64,000 nucleotides of DNA from a virus: the IMG/VR virus record IMGVR_UViG_3300021492_000072. One strand, written 5' to 3'. The first letter of the stretch is position 1, and the number at the start of each line of letters is the position of its first letter. The position numbers were made by a program, and so were the translations under genes. Below are positions 28,596-37,591 of the stretch, one piece after another. A model generated the notes under the pieces. It was not told the DNA's origin. It ran no database searches and saw only the letters and a list, made by a program, of their open reading frames with translations.

Positions 28596-28937
28596 CTATT
28601 CCGTAACAAGTCCCTCAAACTCCTTCCTTAAATAGTCCTCAACCACACGCAACCATTCTAACCCATTCTGCTCCCTGCGCTTCACTTCATCTAAGATCGC
28701 TTTTATCTCTTGAGCGGCACGCTTCGCCTGGTTCAAATTCCCTAATGCTACTGTCTCAAATCGAAGTACGGTGAAGCTCACCTCGCCCTCCAATTTTCTT
28801 TTATCATCATAGTTAAAACCTGTAACGAGTTCCCGATGCACTAAAATATCAAACCTAACCTCAACCTCAGTGGAAACCTCAACCTTAACAATGACTCCAG
28901 TTACTCCTCGCTCAATTTCAAACCTATTAACTTTCAT
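28596..28937 (-). CDS. Hypothetical protein (same family)
   Basis: Paralog of 406..762. Confidence 0.75.
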   Translation of the reverse strand: MKVNRFEIERGVTGVIVKVEVSTEVEVRFDILVHRELVTGFNYDDKRKLEGEVSFTVLRFETVALGNLNQAKRAAQEIKAILDEVKRREQNGLEWLRVVEDYLRKEFEGLVTE

Positions 28938-28948
28938 CTTCCCCTCCT

Positions 28949-29134
28949 TTAACGGCGATTACGTCTTCGACTTAATCGCGCTAACTTATTTCTTCTTCTT
29001 CTCCTTTTTACCTCTTTTTCAAAATGACCCTCTTTCCCTATACGCTTCCTCTCAAAAGCAGTTAAGGATTTTTCCATAAATTGAGCGGCATGGTACATTG
29101 TAGCTTCATCACTTATTTTACTCATTTCACTCAC
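28949..29134 (-). CDS. Small Arg-rich protein
   Basis: KRRRRRNKLARLSRRRNRR tail. Confidence 0.6.
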   Translation of the reverse strand: MSEMSKISDEATMYHAAQFMEKSLTAFERKRIGKEGHFEKEVKRRRRRNKLARLSRRRNRR

Positions 29135-29136
29135 CT

Positions 29137-29340
29137 CTATACAGGTAAATACAACCTACCATCTTTTCCTACAATAACCGTCACTTTCTCCTCCCACGGC
29201 AACTCAAGTCCTTCTATCTTCACCGCATCCCTCACAATAACCTTTCTCTCACCAACTTTTTCTACTTTAGTAAGCACTTCATCAAGGATGATACAAACTC
29301 CATCTTTAACTTCTTCCAGTAAGAAAAATCTTTCCTCCAT
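29137..29340 (-). CDS. Hypothetical protein
   Basis: SD GGAGGAGG. Confidence 0.65.
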   Translation of the reverse strand: MEERFFLLEEVKDGVCIILDEVLTKVEKVGERKVIVRDAVKIEGLELPWEEKVTVIVGKDGRLYLPV

Positions 29341-29350
29341 TTCCTCCTCC

Positions 29351-30061
29351 CTATGTTCGTAAAACCTGTGAGCTCTTTGATATCAACAAAAGCCTGGCTA
29401 TCTGACGTGCTTCGTCACGCTTCGCCAGCCCTCCTTTATACAAATACCACGCCAGCGCATCAGTTGGTGTGTCAAAAGTGGCTTCAATGATCCAAACTCC
29501 AACGTCGGTCTTCATCCGCCACTCAACGCTCCCTCTAAACAGGTGAAGATCCTCAACACCGCAAAAAGCTACCTTCACCCTTACCTGACGACCATCCACA
29601 ACCGTGAAGTATCTACCTCCATCACGACAAACGTATGCATCCGAGGATCCCCAATCCTCAATCACATCTTTACCAGATCGCCCCTCATACTTATAGAAAC
29701 GATTCACCTCACGAATCAAATCCCCTTTCGCGACATCCGAACTAGGAGCATACGTCACCATACCCGGTCCAAATTCATTGAATAGGACTTCTGCGTAACG
29801 CAACCTACCCTTCTCGTCGCGGAAGAAAAAAGAGACACAAGGGAGGTGGTCATCCTCCCACACACAAGCAAGATGAATATCCGTCATATCAGTCACAGGC
29901 TCAAAAGTCGAGCCTATCTCAAGGTAACCATTGTTTACTAAAGCGCCTAACGTCTCCCAACCGACTCCAAACCGCTTCTTAATTATTTCACGAACACTAG
30001 TTACCCTTGAACCCCCACACCCCATCGTCAACCTTCTCAGACAGAGCCTACGTGACTCCAC
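29351..30061 (-). CDS. Hypothetical protein
   Basis: Long ORF on the coding strand; start uncertain. Confidence 0.7.
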   Translation of the reverse strand: MESRRLCLRRLTMGCGGSRVTSVREIIKKRFGVGWETLGALVNNGYLEIGSTFEPVTDMTDIHLACVWEDDHLPCVSFFFRDEKGRLRYAEVLFNEFGPGMVTYAPSSDVAKGDLIREVNRFYKYEGRSGKDVIEDWGSSDAYVCRDGGRYFTVVDGRQVRVKVAFCGVEDLHLFRGSVEWRMKTDVGVWIIEATFDTPTDALAWYLYKGGLAKRDEARQIARLLLISKSSQVLRT

Positions 30062-30168
30062 AAAATCCTAACCCATCGTTCGTGACCGTACTGACTAAAT
30101 GGTACCCAGTATATTTCACAACCCAATCCACAATAGCTTTGTACCAGGTTTGAATGGAACGCTGCCTT

Positions 30169-30534
30169 CTACAACGTTCGACTCTTTATCCATCCCTCTG
30201 CAGTAATAACGAAACGTCGTAAATAATCCTCTTTCAACAAGTACAGACGCCCTTTGCTCGTCTCCTTTATCGCGCGAAGCACATCCGTCAGTACCTTCCT
30301 ACAACACTCGCCGTAATACGAAGCGGTTGAGACACCACCATGTTGTAGGACAACATGAGCAAAATCATAGTTTGAAACATGTTGATAACTTACAACCGCC
30401 TTAACTTTATTGTAATGGCCACAGATTACTAAATCTCCTTGTACTCCTCTTGTAACCTCATCTAGATTAAATGTAGCCCGTAAAACAACTCTCCGCATCC
30501 ATTGTCTCTTACGTACCCTAAACGACGCTCTCAC
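30169..30534 (-). CDS. Short SPxGRLW-family member
   Basis: KVLTDVLRAIKETSKGRLYLLK. Confidence 0.7.
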   Translation of the reverse strand: MRASFRVRKRQWMRRVVLRATFNLDEVTRGVQGDLVICGHYNKVKAVVSYQHVSNYDFAHVVLQHGGVSTASYYGECCRKVLTDVLRAIKETSKGRLYLLKEDYLRRFVITAEGWIKSRTL

Positions 30535-30793
30535 TGGGCTCCTCTTTTATAATATCAGTAAGGCCCAATACGTCCATAAACCTTTTAATGTCCTCGCCAG
30601 TGCCCTCTACTGTGAGTGGCGCGTCATCCGCAATATACAACATGTCACCATAGATAGCTAATGTACCTGTTTCAACTACTTCAACGCCAAAATTACGTCT
30701 AATCTCGTCTACCCATATCTGCAACACCAAATCCAAGTCCTTTATAGGAATTGCTTTGTGAACATCAATCACTACTCTCTTCCTCATCCTCAA
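30518..30793 (-). CDS. Hypothetical protein
   Basis: Operon tiling. Confidence 0.65.
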   Translation of the reverse strand: MRMRKRVVIDVHKAIPIKDLDLVLQIWVDEIRRNFGVEVVETGTLAIYGDMLYIADDAPLTVEGTGEDIKRFMDVLGLTDIIKEEPSESVV

Positions 30794-30998
30794 TTCTCCT
30801 CATCATCTCATCTATACAATCATTCCATCCGTCTTTAAACGCACATGTAGTAGCAAAGTCTGGGTTCGTCACATCGTCTCTATCATACACCTCCCTATGA
30901 GGAATGATTGACAACACAAGGTTCTCTATCTTGATCGCGACTTCCTCAAGGTCGCCTGCACTCGATTCTAAAATCTTTAAAATCTCCTCCTTCAACAC
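30765..30998 (-). CDS. Hypothetical protein
   Basis: GWNDCIDE motif common in phage small proteins. Confidence 0.65.
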   Translation of the reverse strand: MLKEEILKILESSAGDLEEVAIKIENLVLSIIPHREVYDRDDVTNPDFATTCAFKDGWNDCIDEMMRRIEDEEESSD

Positions 30999-31007
30999 AA
31001 CACACTC

Positions 31008-31199
31008 CTAGTCGTAAGTTCCCGCGTACGTTACTACGACAAACTCCACACTCTCCTTAGTTAAGGAGAAATCGTGGGTCTTCTTATGGAACTTCACAGT
31101 CGCAGGCAAGTAACCACTCGGAGTAGGTACTTTCACCTCTTTATCCTGAAGCTCAGGCTTCAGGTTACTCAACAACTTTGCAAGCTCTTTTACTGTCAT
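31008..31199 (-). CDS. Hypothetical protein
   Basis: MTVKEL..L start typical of phage small proteins. Confidence 0.65.
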   Translation of the reverse strand: MTVKELAKLLSNLKPELQDKEVKVPTPSGYLPATVKFHKKTHDFSLTKESVEFVVVTYAGTYD

Positions 31200-31240
31200 T
31201 CTCCCCTCCTACAAAGGGTTTACATACGTATCAGCAGGAA

Positions 31241-31282
31241 CCCGCGCTTATCGCTAAGATATGGCGCAATGAGCATATGATA
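31241..31282. promoter_or_regulatory. Dispersed ~42-bp intergenic element, copy 1 (copy 2 at 47412-47453)
   Basis: CCCGCGCwTATyGCTAArATATGGCGCAATnnnCATATGATA in both places. Confidence 0.6.
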
Positions 31283-31292
31283 ATCATATAGT

Positions 31293-31643
31293 CTATTCCC
31301 AATGTGAGTGGAGCCAAACCACGTGTGTTCTTTCGTCATCCTTAATGAACGTCAGCAAAATCTCTGTGTCATTTGGGTCAATCCAGCCACTAGGCTGCAC
31401 CAAATCCATCTCTACCATGTGTCTATATTTAACTATTATAAAACCCAAGTCCATACCAGAAACGAGTGTAGATCGCTTTCGTACTAACTTGTTCAATTTA
31501 GGAGTAGGTATATCTCCCAGATCTTCAACTACAACTCTTGGCTGCCCGTTTATAAGTAGTAAGACATTCTGAGGAACTTCTACTTCTACTATATCTCTAC
31601 CAGGACCCACACCGAACTTCCTAAACCCTATTCTCATCTTCAC
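31293..31643 (-). CDS. Hypothetical protein
   Basis: SD; operon tiling. Confidence 0.65.
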   Translation of the reverse strand: MKMRIGFRKFGVGPGRDIVEVEVPQNVLLLINGQPRVVVEDLGDIPTPKLNKLVRKRSTLVSGMDLGFIIVKYRHMVEMDLVQPSGWIDPNDTEILLTFIKDDERTHVVWLHSHWE

Positions 31644-31646
31644 CTC

Positions 31647-31772
31647 CTATTGAATAAGCCCCAACCGTAACATGAAGTTTAACATCTTAAGGTTACAGAA
31701 GAACTGAACACCATCCCAACGCCTTATTAAGTACTTACCAGCACCTGGGTGGTAAGCAACTATCTTGTACAT
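31647..31772 (-). CDS. Small protein (41 aa)
   Basis: Manual translation MYKIVAYHPGAGKYLIRRWDG...; GGAGG SD; stop overlaps the next SD. Confidence 0.55.
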   Translation of the reverse strand: MYKIVAYHPGAGKYLIRRWDGVQFFCNLKMLNFMLRLGLIQ

Positions 31773-31786
31773 ACTTTCCTCCTTAA

Positions 31787-32190
31787 CGCTCCATCACCAA
31801 AATTCGTGGATCATTTTGAACCACCAAGTACCTATATATATTAATTATATTATAGGGGTACTTGATGGTTCAAAATTTTTGTGGAGTGGAGCGCCAGGTT
31901 CTAGCACCAAAATTCTTAACTCCTCCTACTCTTCAGCACTGAAATTCTTGACAAAACTCTATAGAAATCACTTATACTGTCAAACCTTTTCATCTCACTC
32001 CTCAGGAGTCCAGCACTGGTCTTTTCTCGGCCTCGCACGCGCCAGATAAACGCGCCATCACCAAATTTTTGGGACTCATATTCACTCTAACCTCCCTATA
32101 ACTCATCATTATCAAAATAAGCCCTCTTTGGCACTATTTATATAACGCATAGCTTGGAGTAGTCACTAAAATTTTTTAACTCCTCTTGAA
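31787..32190. repeat. Non-coding locus: 20-bp inverted repeat around an AT-rich core plus ~6 iteron-like repeats (candidate replication origin)
   Basis: ATTTTGAACCACCAAGTACC (31813) / GGTACTTGATGGTTCAAAAT (31857); CACYRAAWTTY at 31795, 31905, 31937, 32059, 32164. Confidence 0.6.
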
Positions 32191-32200
32191 TGACTAAGCG

Positions 32201-32518
32201 CTACTTCTCAAATATGTGTCCTAGATTGAGATATAAGAGCTTTCTCTCCCCTTGTGTTAAACCCAACACCTCTGATAACCAACCCATTAACAAAAACCGT
32301 GAAGGAAATGTGGGAGTAGACCTGAGATCCAAATGACCATACTTAAAACCCACTCGCTTCCAGTGTGGGTAAAGTTCCATAAACCGCTCCCAATACTTTT
32401 CATGATCTGGCCTGATCTGGATCCAACACCACGCCCTGATCGTCGATTCAACTATTTCCACTGATTCAACCTGCACATCCGGCACCGCACGTGACAGTAT
32501 AGAAGTTAACACTTGCAT
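32201..32518 (-). CDS. Orphan array-family member (start MQVLT)
   Basis: SRAVPDV..YWERF..GERKLL. Confidence 0.85.
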   Translation of the reverse strand: MQVLTSILSRAVPDVQVESVEIVESTIRAWCWIQIRPDHEKYWERFMELYPHWKRVGFKYGHLDLRSTPTFPSRFLLMGWLSEVLGLTQGERKLLYLNLGHIFEK

Positions 32519-32540
32519 CAAACCAGACTTCCAAGAAGGT

Positions 32541-32753
32541 TCACTTTTTAAACATCTTAATTTTAACTCGTAACCCTTTATCATCTACTTCAACTTCTTC
32601 AATTCTGCCAACCGGCCGACCTTTTTGTGACACTGTCATCCCTTTCAAACTCACCTTTAAATCTTCAAGGACTTCCTTTGCAAGGATATAGTTTCCATGT
32701 CTTCTTGTTATTACATAGCCTTCTATGGTCAAATGTTCCTTACCATCCTTCAT
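32541..32753 (-). CDS. Small protein resembling the N-terminal part of HK97 prohead proteases
   Basis: IEGY....RPVGRIEEVEVDDKGLRV resembles RPIGRVVSSKVDDKGLFI of 57941..59026. Confidence 0.5.
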   Translation of the reverse strand: MKDGKEHLTIEGYVITRRHGNYILAKEVLEDLKVSLKGMTVSQKGRPVGRIEEVEVDDKGLRVKIKMFKK

Positions 32754-32763
32754 CCTACCTCCT

Positions 32764-33357
32764 TTATCTAACAGTCTTATGTGATCTATACCAATTTACG
32801 AACCACTTCAGTTGGCTTACACCAACTTTAAGTAACCACAGCTTTCCCTCGGGCGACATTAGTGCGGTAGAGATGTCAGTTATTATCTTATCATAAAGCT
32901 TCCCTGTGTCTACATACGACACTACGTGTCCCTTCTTGAGCTTAACAAACGCACGTACCGAATTCACCTCAACTACGACATCCCTATAATGTCCACGGAT
33001 AGTTACATTTGGATCATTGGGGGCTTTACTAGGAATGATTTTATCTAAACAAAACGTCCCTCGTAGAGCAGTATGACGCATTTGTCTCCGCACTTTAGTC
33101 GCGTCAGCTAGATTCCTCTCTCGCTGCTCGTACAACTTCATGAACCTGTCTGCAAATTCACGCCCGGCTTGCGTCGGGCGTATTTCAATGTATCCTCTCT
33201 TTATTAGAAATGCTAAGGCACCACTTATAGATGGAGGCATCCCAAATCGGTCAACGTTCCTCCGTACGAACTCAGGGCGCATACACTTCAATACTGTGGG
33301 AGAAACCCATGTTCCATCTTCTACACGTAGGTATACATTCTTCAATTTTTCTTTCAT
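32764..33357 (-). CDS. SPxGRLW-family protein
   Basis: LKCM..GYIEIRPT..SPEGKLW. Confidence 0.8.
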   Translation of the reverse strand: MKEKLKNVYLRVEDGTWVSPTVLKCMRPEFVRRNVDRFGMPPSISGALAFLIKRGYIEIRPTQAGREFADRFMKLYEQRERNLADATKVRRQMRHTALRGTFCLDKIIPSKAPNDPNVTIRGHYRDVVVEVNSVRAFVKLKKGHVVSYVDTGKLYDKIITDISTALMSPEGKLWLLKVGVSQLKWFVNWYRSHKTVR

Positions 33358-33719
33358 GATTCCTCTCCATAATGTGTTTTACGTACCTCCAAGGTTACAG
33401 GATGCCCGTAACCACCAAACCTAATATTGTAAATATATTTCACTCCCATGTTAATCCCTATAGGACTTATATAGACATCACCCACAAACGACTTCTTCTT
33501 GAGTTCACAAATTAGCTGAGCCGCAAGATCACCCATTCCATTCGCTATCTTTAAGCGATCTCTCAGCTCAGGATTTGGGTTACCACGTATAACCGTCCTA
33601 TCCTTTAAGAAACGCCTTAAGAACACACCCAAACCCTCTGGGTGACCTCCGTAGTACTTAAATATAGCTATTAACGGACGCCCCTCCTCATTAAACACAG
33701 TTATCACTGCTTCATTCAC
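33354..33719 (-). CDS. Paralog of 10199..10621
   Basis: GGHPEGLG..NGMGDLAAQL. Confidence 0.75.
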   Translation of the reverse strand: MNEAVITVFNEEGRPLIAIFKYYGGHPEGLGVFLRRFLKDRTVIRGNPNPELRDRLKIANGMGDLAAQLICELKKKSFVGDVYISPIGINMGVKYIYNIRFGGYGHPVTLEVRKTHYGEES

Positions 33720-33749
33720 TCCGTACTACCTCCTATGACATCAGTCAAA

Positions 33750-34376
33750 TTAACGTTCATACCATGGACTAGGATAATGAGCACAGAACTCCTCCCACTT
33801 TTGGATAACGTGGCCTCCATAACATTCGTTGAAAAGACACACACACCACTGTAACTCGGCTTGCTGTACTACATCAAGTGGGAGAAGAATACGTGTTCCT
33901 TGAATTCCAAACGAAGGAGGATTTGAGGCGAGCCTGGGATTCTTACGACAATCCCAGTATGCGCGTTGTACTTCAAAATTAACACGTTTCAAATATGGCG
34001 TGGCCTGGCGCCATGTCTTTAGATACTCAGTCCACAGGCTATTAAGCTTTAGTAAACGACGTTGAGGTGCAGTTATACCACACAACAAGTCCTTTAACTT
34101 AACGAGAGTTACAGACCGTATGTCGCGTCTTTCTAGACATACTGGTGTACCTAGGACTGCTAACCGAGGGAAGTTCACTTTAACCTTATTAGACTCAGCA
34201 AAAAACACCTCAACTAACACATCATCAGGCAATCGTGTTTTAAACTGAACCGAAGGTGCGACAAATAATATTGTTTCTAAAACGACAGCAGGATGAATCT
34301 GTGATAAAAGACTCTCTTCTGCCTTCCTAAGTTCAGTGCATGAATAGTCGATCATCTTTAGACCCTCGGCAACCAC
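33750..34376 (-). CDS. Paralog of 10660..11232
   Basis: SQIHPAVVLETIL. Confidence 0.75.
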   Translation of the reverse strand: MVAEGLKMIDYSCTELRKAEESLLSQIHPAVVLETILFVAPSVQFKTRLPDDVLVEVFFAESNKVKVNFPRLAVLGTPVCLERRDIRSVTLVKLKDLLCGITAPQRRLLKLNSLWTEYLKTWRQATPYLKRVNFEVQRAYWDCRKNPRLASNPPSFGIQGTRILLPLDVVQQAELQWCVCLFNECYGGHVIQKWEEFCAHYPSPWYER

Positions 34377-34390
34377 GTAAGCGAATTATT

Positions 34391-35020
34391 TCATCCAACC
34401 CCCTTCCTGTTTTTACTCTTTGTCACGTGATTGTTAAGGAACCGCTCTATATGTTTCGCGCTAACTCTAACCACCCATAGCCTACCTGCGGGTGACTTAA
34501 GAACATTGGTGATATCTGTTATTATTTTGTTGTAAAGACTGCCTCTTTGTACGTACGTTGTTCTCACACCGTTCCTTCGAAGCTTGATACACTTATACTT
34601 TGTGGACGCTTCTACTATAACGTCCCCGTAGTGACCTTTTACATCAACATGAATTCCATGTGGAGTAATTCCATCCAAACTGAATGATCCTGTTCGCACG
34701 ATTTGACGTACCTGCCTTCGCCCCTCAGCTTCCCTCTTCCACCTCTCATGTGATACTTTATACGATTCAAGAAAGGCTTTCACTAATTCACACCCAGTCT
34801 GTGTCGGGCGTATTTCAGCAAGGCCCTCCTTTAGTAAGTAGGACAGGGTGTGGTTTATTGCCCATGGCATTTCCAACTGTTTATCATCAATTTGCTTTTG
34901 TACATAACTAGTGTACATGCACTTCAAGGTAGAAGCGGAGACCCACATTTTGCCCGGTCCACGATATAGAAAAGGCCCTGCCTCACTCAACTTTTTTAGC
35001 AGGCGAATTCCTTTTGACAT
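34391..35020 (-). CDS. SPxGRLW-family protein
   Basis: LKCM..SPAGRLW. Confidence 0.8.
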   Translation of the reverse strand: MSKGIRLLKKLSEAGPFLYRGPGKMWVSASTLKCMYTSYVQKQIDDKQLEMPWAINHTLSYLLKEGLAEIRPTQTGCELVKAFLESYKVSHERWKREAEGRRQVRQIVRTGSFSLDGITPHGIHVDVKGHYGDVIVEASTKYKCIKLRRNGVRTTYVQRGSLYNKIITDITNVLKSPAGRLWVVRVSAKHIERFLNNHVTKSKNRKGVG

Positions 35021-35048
35021 ATTAGATCAGACTCTCCACACTCAATGT

Positions 35049-35234
35049 TTACTCTTTGTCACCCTCTACTGTAAGTTTAACTCGCACTTCTCTGGGCAGT
35101 TCAGCATTCCTTTTTACGTATACTACACCTGTTACCTCTTCAGACTCGATGTTAAACCTGTGGTACCTTTTTGTATCCCTCTCATATACCGCTTTTACTT
35201 CTACAAAGTCTTTTCTACCCATCTTCTTGTTCAC
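35049..35234 (-). CDS. Hypothetical protein
   Basis: Operon tiling. Confidence 0.65.
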   Translation of the reverse strand: MNKKMGRKDFVEVKAVYERDTKRYHRFNIESEEVTGVVYVKRNAELPREVRVKLTVEGDKE

Positions 35235-35403
35235 CTCCTATTTTTTCCTTCTTTGTTGTTATAGTTACTTTAAACGCACAACCACACCTTTCGCATTTGT
35301 AGGTATGAATCTCAACCTGTTCATAACCCTGACCATCATCTATTACCTCAGGTGAGAACTCGTCCTCTCTTGCCCTCGCCCCACATTCAGGACAATGTTC
35401 CAT
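35215..35403 (-). CDS. Zn-ribbon protein (start MEHCPEC)
   Basis: CPEC...CERC; GGGGGTG SD. Confidence 0.65.
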   Translation of the reverse strand: MEHCPECGARAREDEFSPEVIDDGQGYEQVEIHTYKCERCGCAFKVTITTKKEKIGGEQEDG

Positions 35404-35573
35404 TTTCTCACCCCCTATCGACTTTCTCTTTCTCCTCTTTATAGCACTCATAACACCACGCGTAGATGACGTCCTCTTTTCCTGTAAGTCCTTACTCCCA
35501 CAATCGCTGTATATCTCGGGCATCACCTATAGTAACTATACCAGGAGCTTCCTCTGACATCGTGCTTCACCTT

Positions 35574-35780
35574 TCATTTCTTTAGTGCGTGTTGGTTGCA
35601 TATATGTCGGATCAAGGTCACATTACCAAATGGTGTTACTACCTCACATACCAAACACCCACATGGAGCTACCCTTAAACGTGCAGGGAACTCAACTACA
35701 TATTCAGCGTCCTTAAAGATAGCTCTCAGCTCCTCACTATGCTTTACATCATCTCTGTCCCAAACAGTAAACGTTGGCAT
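35574..35780 (-). CDS. Hypothetical protein
   Basis: Follows an AT tract and SD. Confidence 0.6.
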   Translation of the reverse strand: MPTFTVWDRDDVKHSEELRAIFKDAEYVVEFPARLRVAPCGCLVCEVVTPFGNVTLIRHICNQHALKK

Positions 35781-35856
35781 TTCCTCTTACCTCCTAACAT
35801 TTTAAAATTAAATTTTTTTAAATTAAAAAATTAGCCCACACGCACTTCATGTGCTC

Positions 35857-36171
35857 CTACCCATACTTCTCCTCATAGTATTCATATAAATCTTGCATAG
35901 CACTACAAATCCCTTCTGGTAAGTAATCATCCGGAAATTCATCCCTCTCAATAACCTCGTCATACAGTTTTGTTAAACTATCCCTGTCCTTTACCCACTC
36001 ATCTCTTAGTCTCTTAACTAACCTCATCATATGTGGATCTTTTACAGACTCCTTCTTCAGTTCTTCATATATTGTGTCGATTTCATCATACCTAGCTAGC
36101 GTATAAAAGCGGCTATCCTTGTCTAGGTTACATATGAAGCTTTCTAACCTTTCCCAACCTTTACCCATCAA
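35857..36171 (-). CDS. Hypothetical acidic protein
   Basis: SD GGAGGTG. Confidence 0.7.
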   Translation of the reverse strand: MMGKGWERLESFICNLDKDSRFYTLARYDEIDTIYEELKKESVKDPHMMRLVKRLRDEWVKDRDSLTKLYDEVIERDEFPDDYLPEGICSAMQDLYEYYEEKYG

Positions 36172-36245
36172 CCACCTCCTACATCTGGAAATAACAGGAT
36201 GGAGTTATTTCAATTTTCTTCCTTAACTTGAACAACTCGCTTATT

Positions 36246-36887
36246 TTAGGGGCCGCCGCCCTTTAACGTATCCTTCGGTCTGAGGTAACGTTCTAAACAC
36301 CCAACTCCAGTTCTTACCAGCCACAACCTTCCTTTGGGCGACCTAAGAGTATTGTTGATATCGTTTATCAACTTATTGTAGAGCTTTCCCGCTCCCACGA
36401 ACGACACCACGTTTCCTCTTTGTAACTTCACATAACGCCCGAATTCGAACGCTGTAACCTTTACATAACGCCCGTGTGTAAGCGTTGTAGCCTTCACATC
36501 TTCGTTATAGTAACCGAAAATAACGATGTTATACTTACGTTTAGTAATCTTATCCAACTCAAACTTACTTCTTTGCACAATGGACCGCATTCGCCTCCGT
36601 TCCTTAGTTATCTCACGTCTCCTCATTTCTTCCATTTCATACGCTCCTAGCACACGACTCGCAAATTCATACCCCGCGTGTGTCGGTTTGAGTTGAACGT
36701 AACCGTTCTTTATTAAATATATCAGTGCTGCTCCAATAGACTCCGGCATTTTTCTTCTCCCGTTCACGCTTCCAAACAGAAAGTCATGATCCATGCACTT
36801 CAAGTGTAGTGTGGAGACCTTGTTTGACCCCACACGCACAATCTTGTTATTCTTCAACTTTCGAATTTCCTTAAGGAGTTCTTTCAT
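36246..36887 (-). CDS. SPxGRLW-family protein
   Basis: LKCM..SPKGRLW; short internal repeat GRYVK x2. Confidence 0.8.
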   Translation of the reverse strand: MKELLKEIRKLKNNKIVRVGSNKVSTLHLKCMDHDFLFGSVNGRRKMPESIGAALIYLIKNGYVQLKPTHAGYEFASRVLGAYEMEEMRRREITKERRRMRSIVQRSKFELDKITKRKYNIVIFGYYNEDVKATTLTHGRYVKVTAFEFGRYVKLQRGNVVSFVGAGKLYNKLINDINNTLRSPKGRLWLVRTGVGCLERYLRPKDTLKGGGP

Positions 36888-36932
36888 TCCTGCCCCCTGT
36901 ATTTTAAACCTAAAAGCATAGTTCCACTGAGT

Positions 36933-37163
36933 TCACGTGTCAGCTTCATCCAAAATTTGGTACAACCTATAAATGAAATTCCTGATCACCTCATCCTCTT
37001 TAGTTTCCAACGTGTCCATTAGATCCTTCATGTAGAACCGACAGACCAAATCCACTCTCCCCTCCCGAAAGCTCTCCTTTCTGACTTTATACCTAGCTGA
37101 ATTCAGATCAGTGGAGAACCGCGATACTTCCTCTACTACTTTGTTTTTTATCTGAGCGTTCAC
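36933..37163 (-). CDS. Hypothetical protein
   Basis: GTGA overlap with upstream gene. Confidence 0.6.
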   Translation of the reverse strand: MNAQIKNKVVEEVSRFSTDLNSARYKVRKESFREGRVDLVCRFYMKDLMDTLETKEDEVIRNFIYRLYQILDEADT

Positions 37164-37360
37164 TTACTACCCCCATTAGTTCGTGTCTCAACGTAGCTTT
37201 CATAAGGAGGCGTAGCTGGGGCTTCTCTAACCCTAAAGCCAGCCTCTTCAAAAACCTTATACAACTCCTGCCGGTTCAGTATCACATCGTCCAAATCCGA
37301 GTCAGCAAACAAATGGATTTGGACGTCACCTTTCTCAAGTATGAAGTATTTCTCACTCAT
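37160..37360 (-). CDS. Hypothetical protein
   Basis: Operon tiling. Confidence 0.6.
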   Translation of the reverse strand: MSEKYFILEKGDVQIHLFADSDLDDVILNRQELYKVFEEAGFRVREAPATPPYESYVETRTNGGSK

Positions 37361-37362
37361 CT

Positions 37363-37560
37363 TTACCCCTCTTTTTTATATATTCCATCTTTGCACGACC
37401 CTTCTTCCTTTTGGTCCACGACCACTACTGAACAACACGGGCACGTCCACGCCGTCCATGGCTGATGTTCATCTACCTCAACCACGCCACCTTCTTGACA
37501 GATGACGCAGTCAGGATTATCGCACTCAATCCTAATCACTTTTTTATCTCCTTCCTCCAT
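37363..37560 (-). CDS. Small Cys-rich protein
   Basis: CDNPDCVIC..CPCC. Confidence 0.6.
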   Translation of the reverse strand: MEEGDKKVIRIECDNPDCVICQEGGVVEVDEHQPWTAWTCPCCSVVVVDQKEEGSCKDGIYKKEG

Positions 37561-37591
37561 CTTTCCTTACATCATTGACCCAGAATGAACT

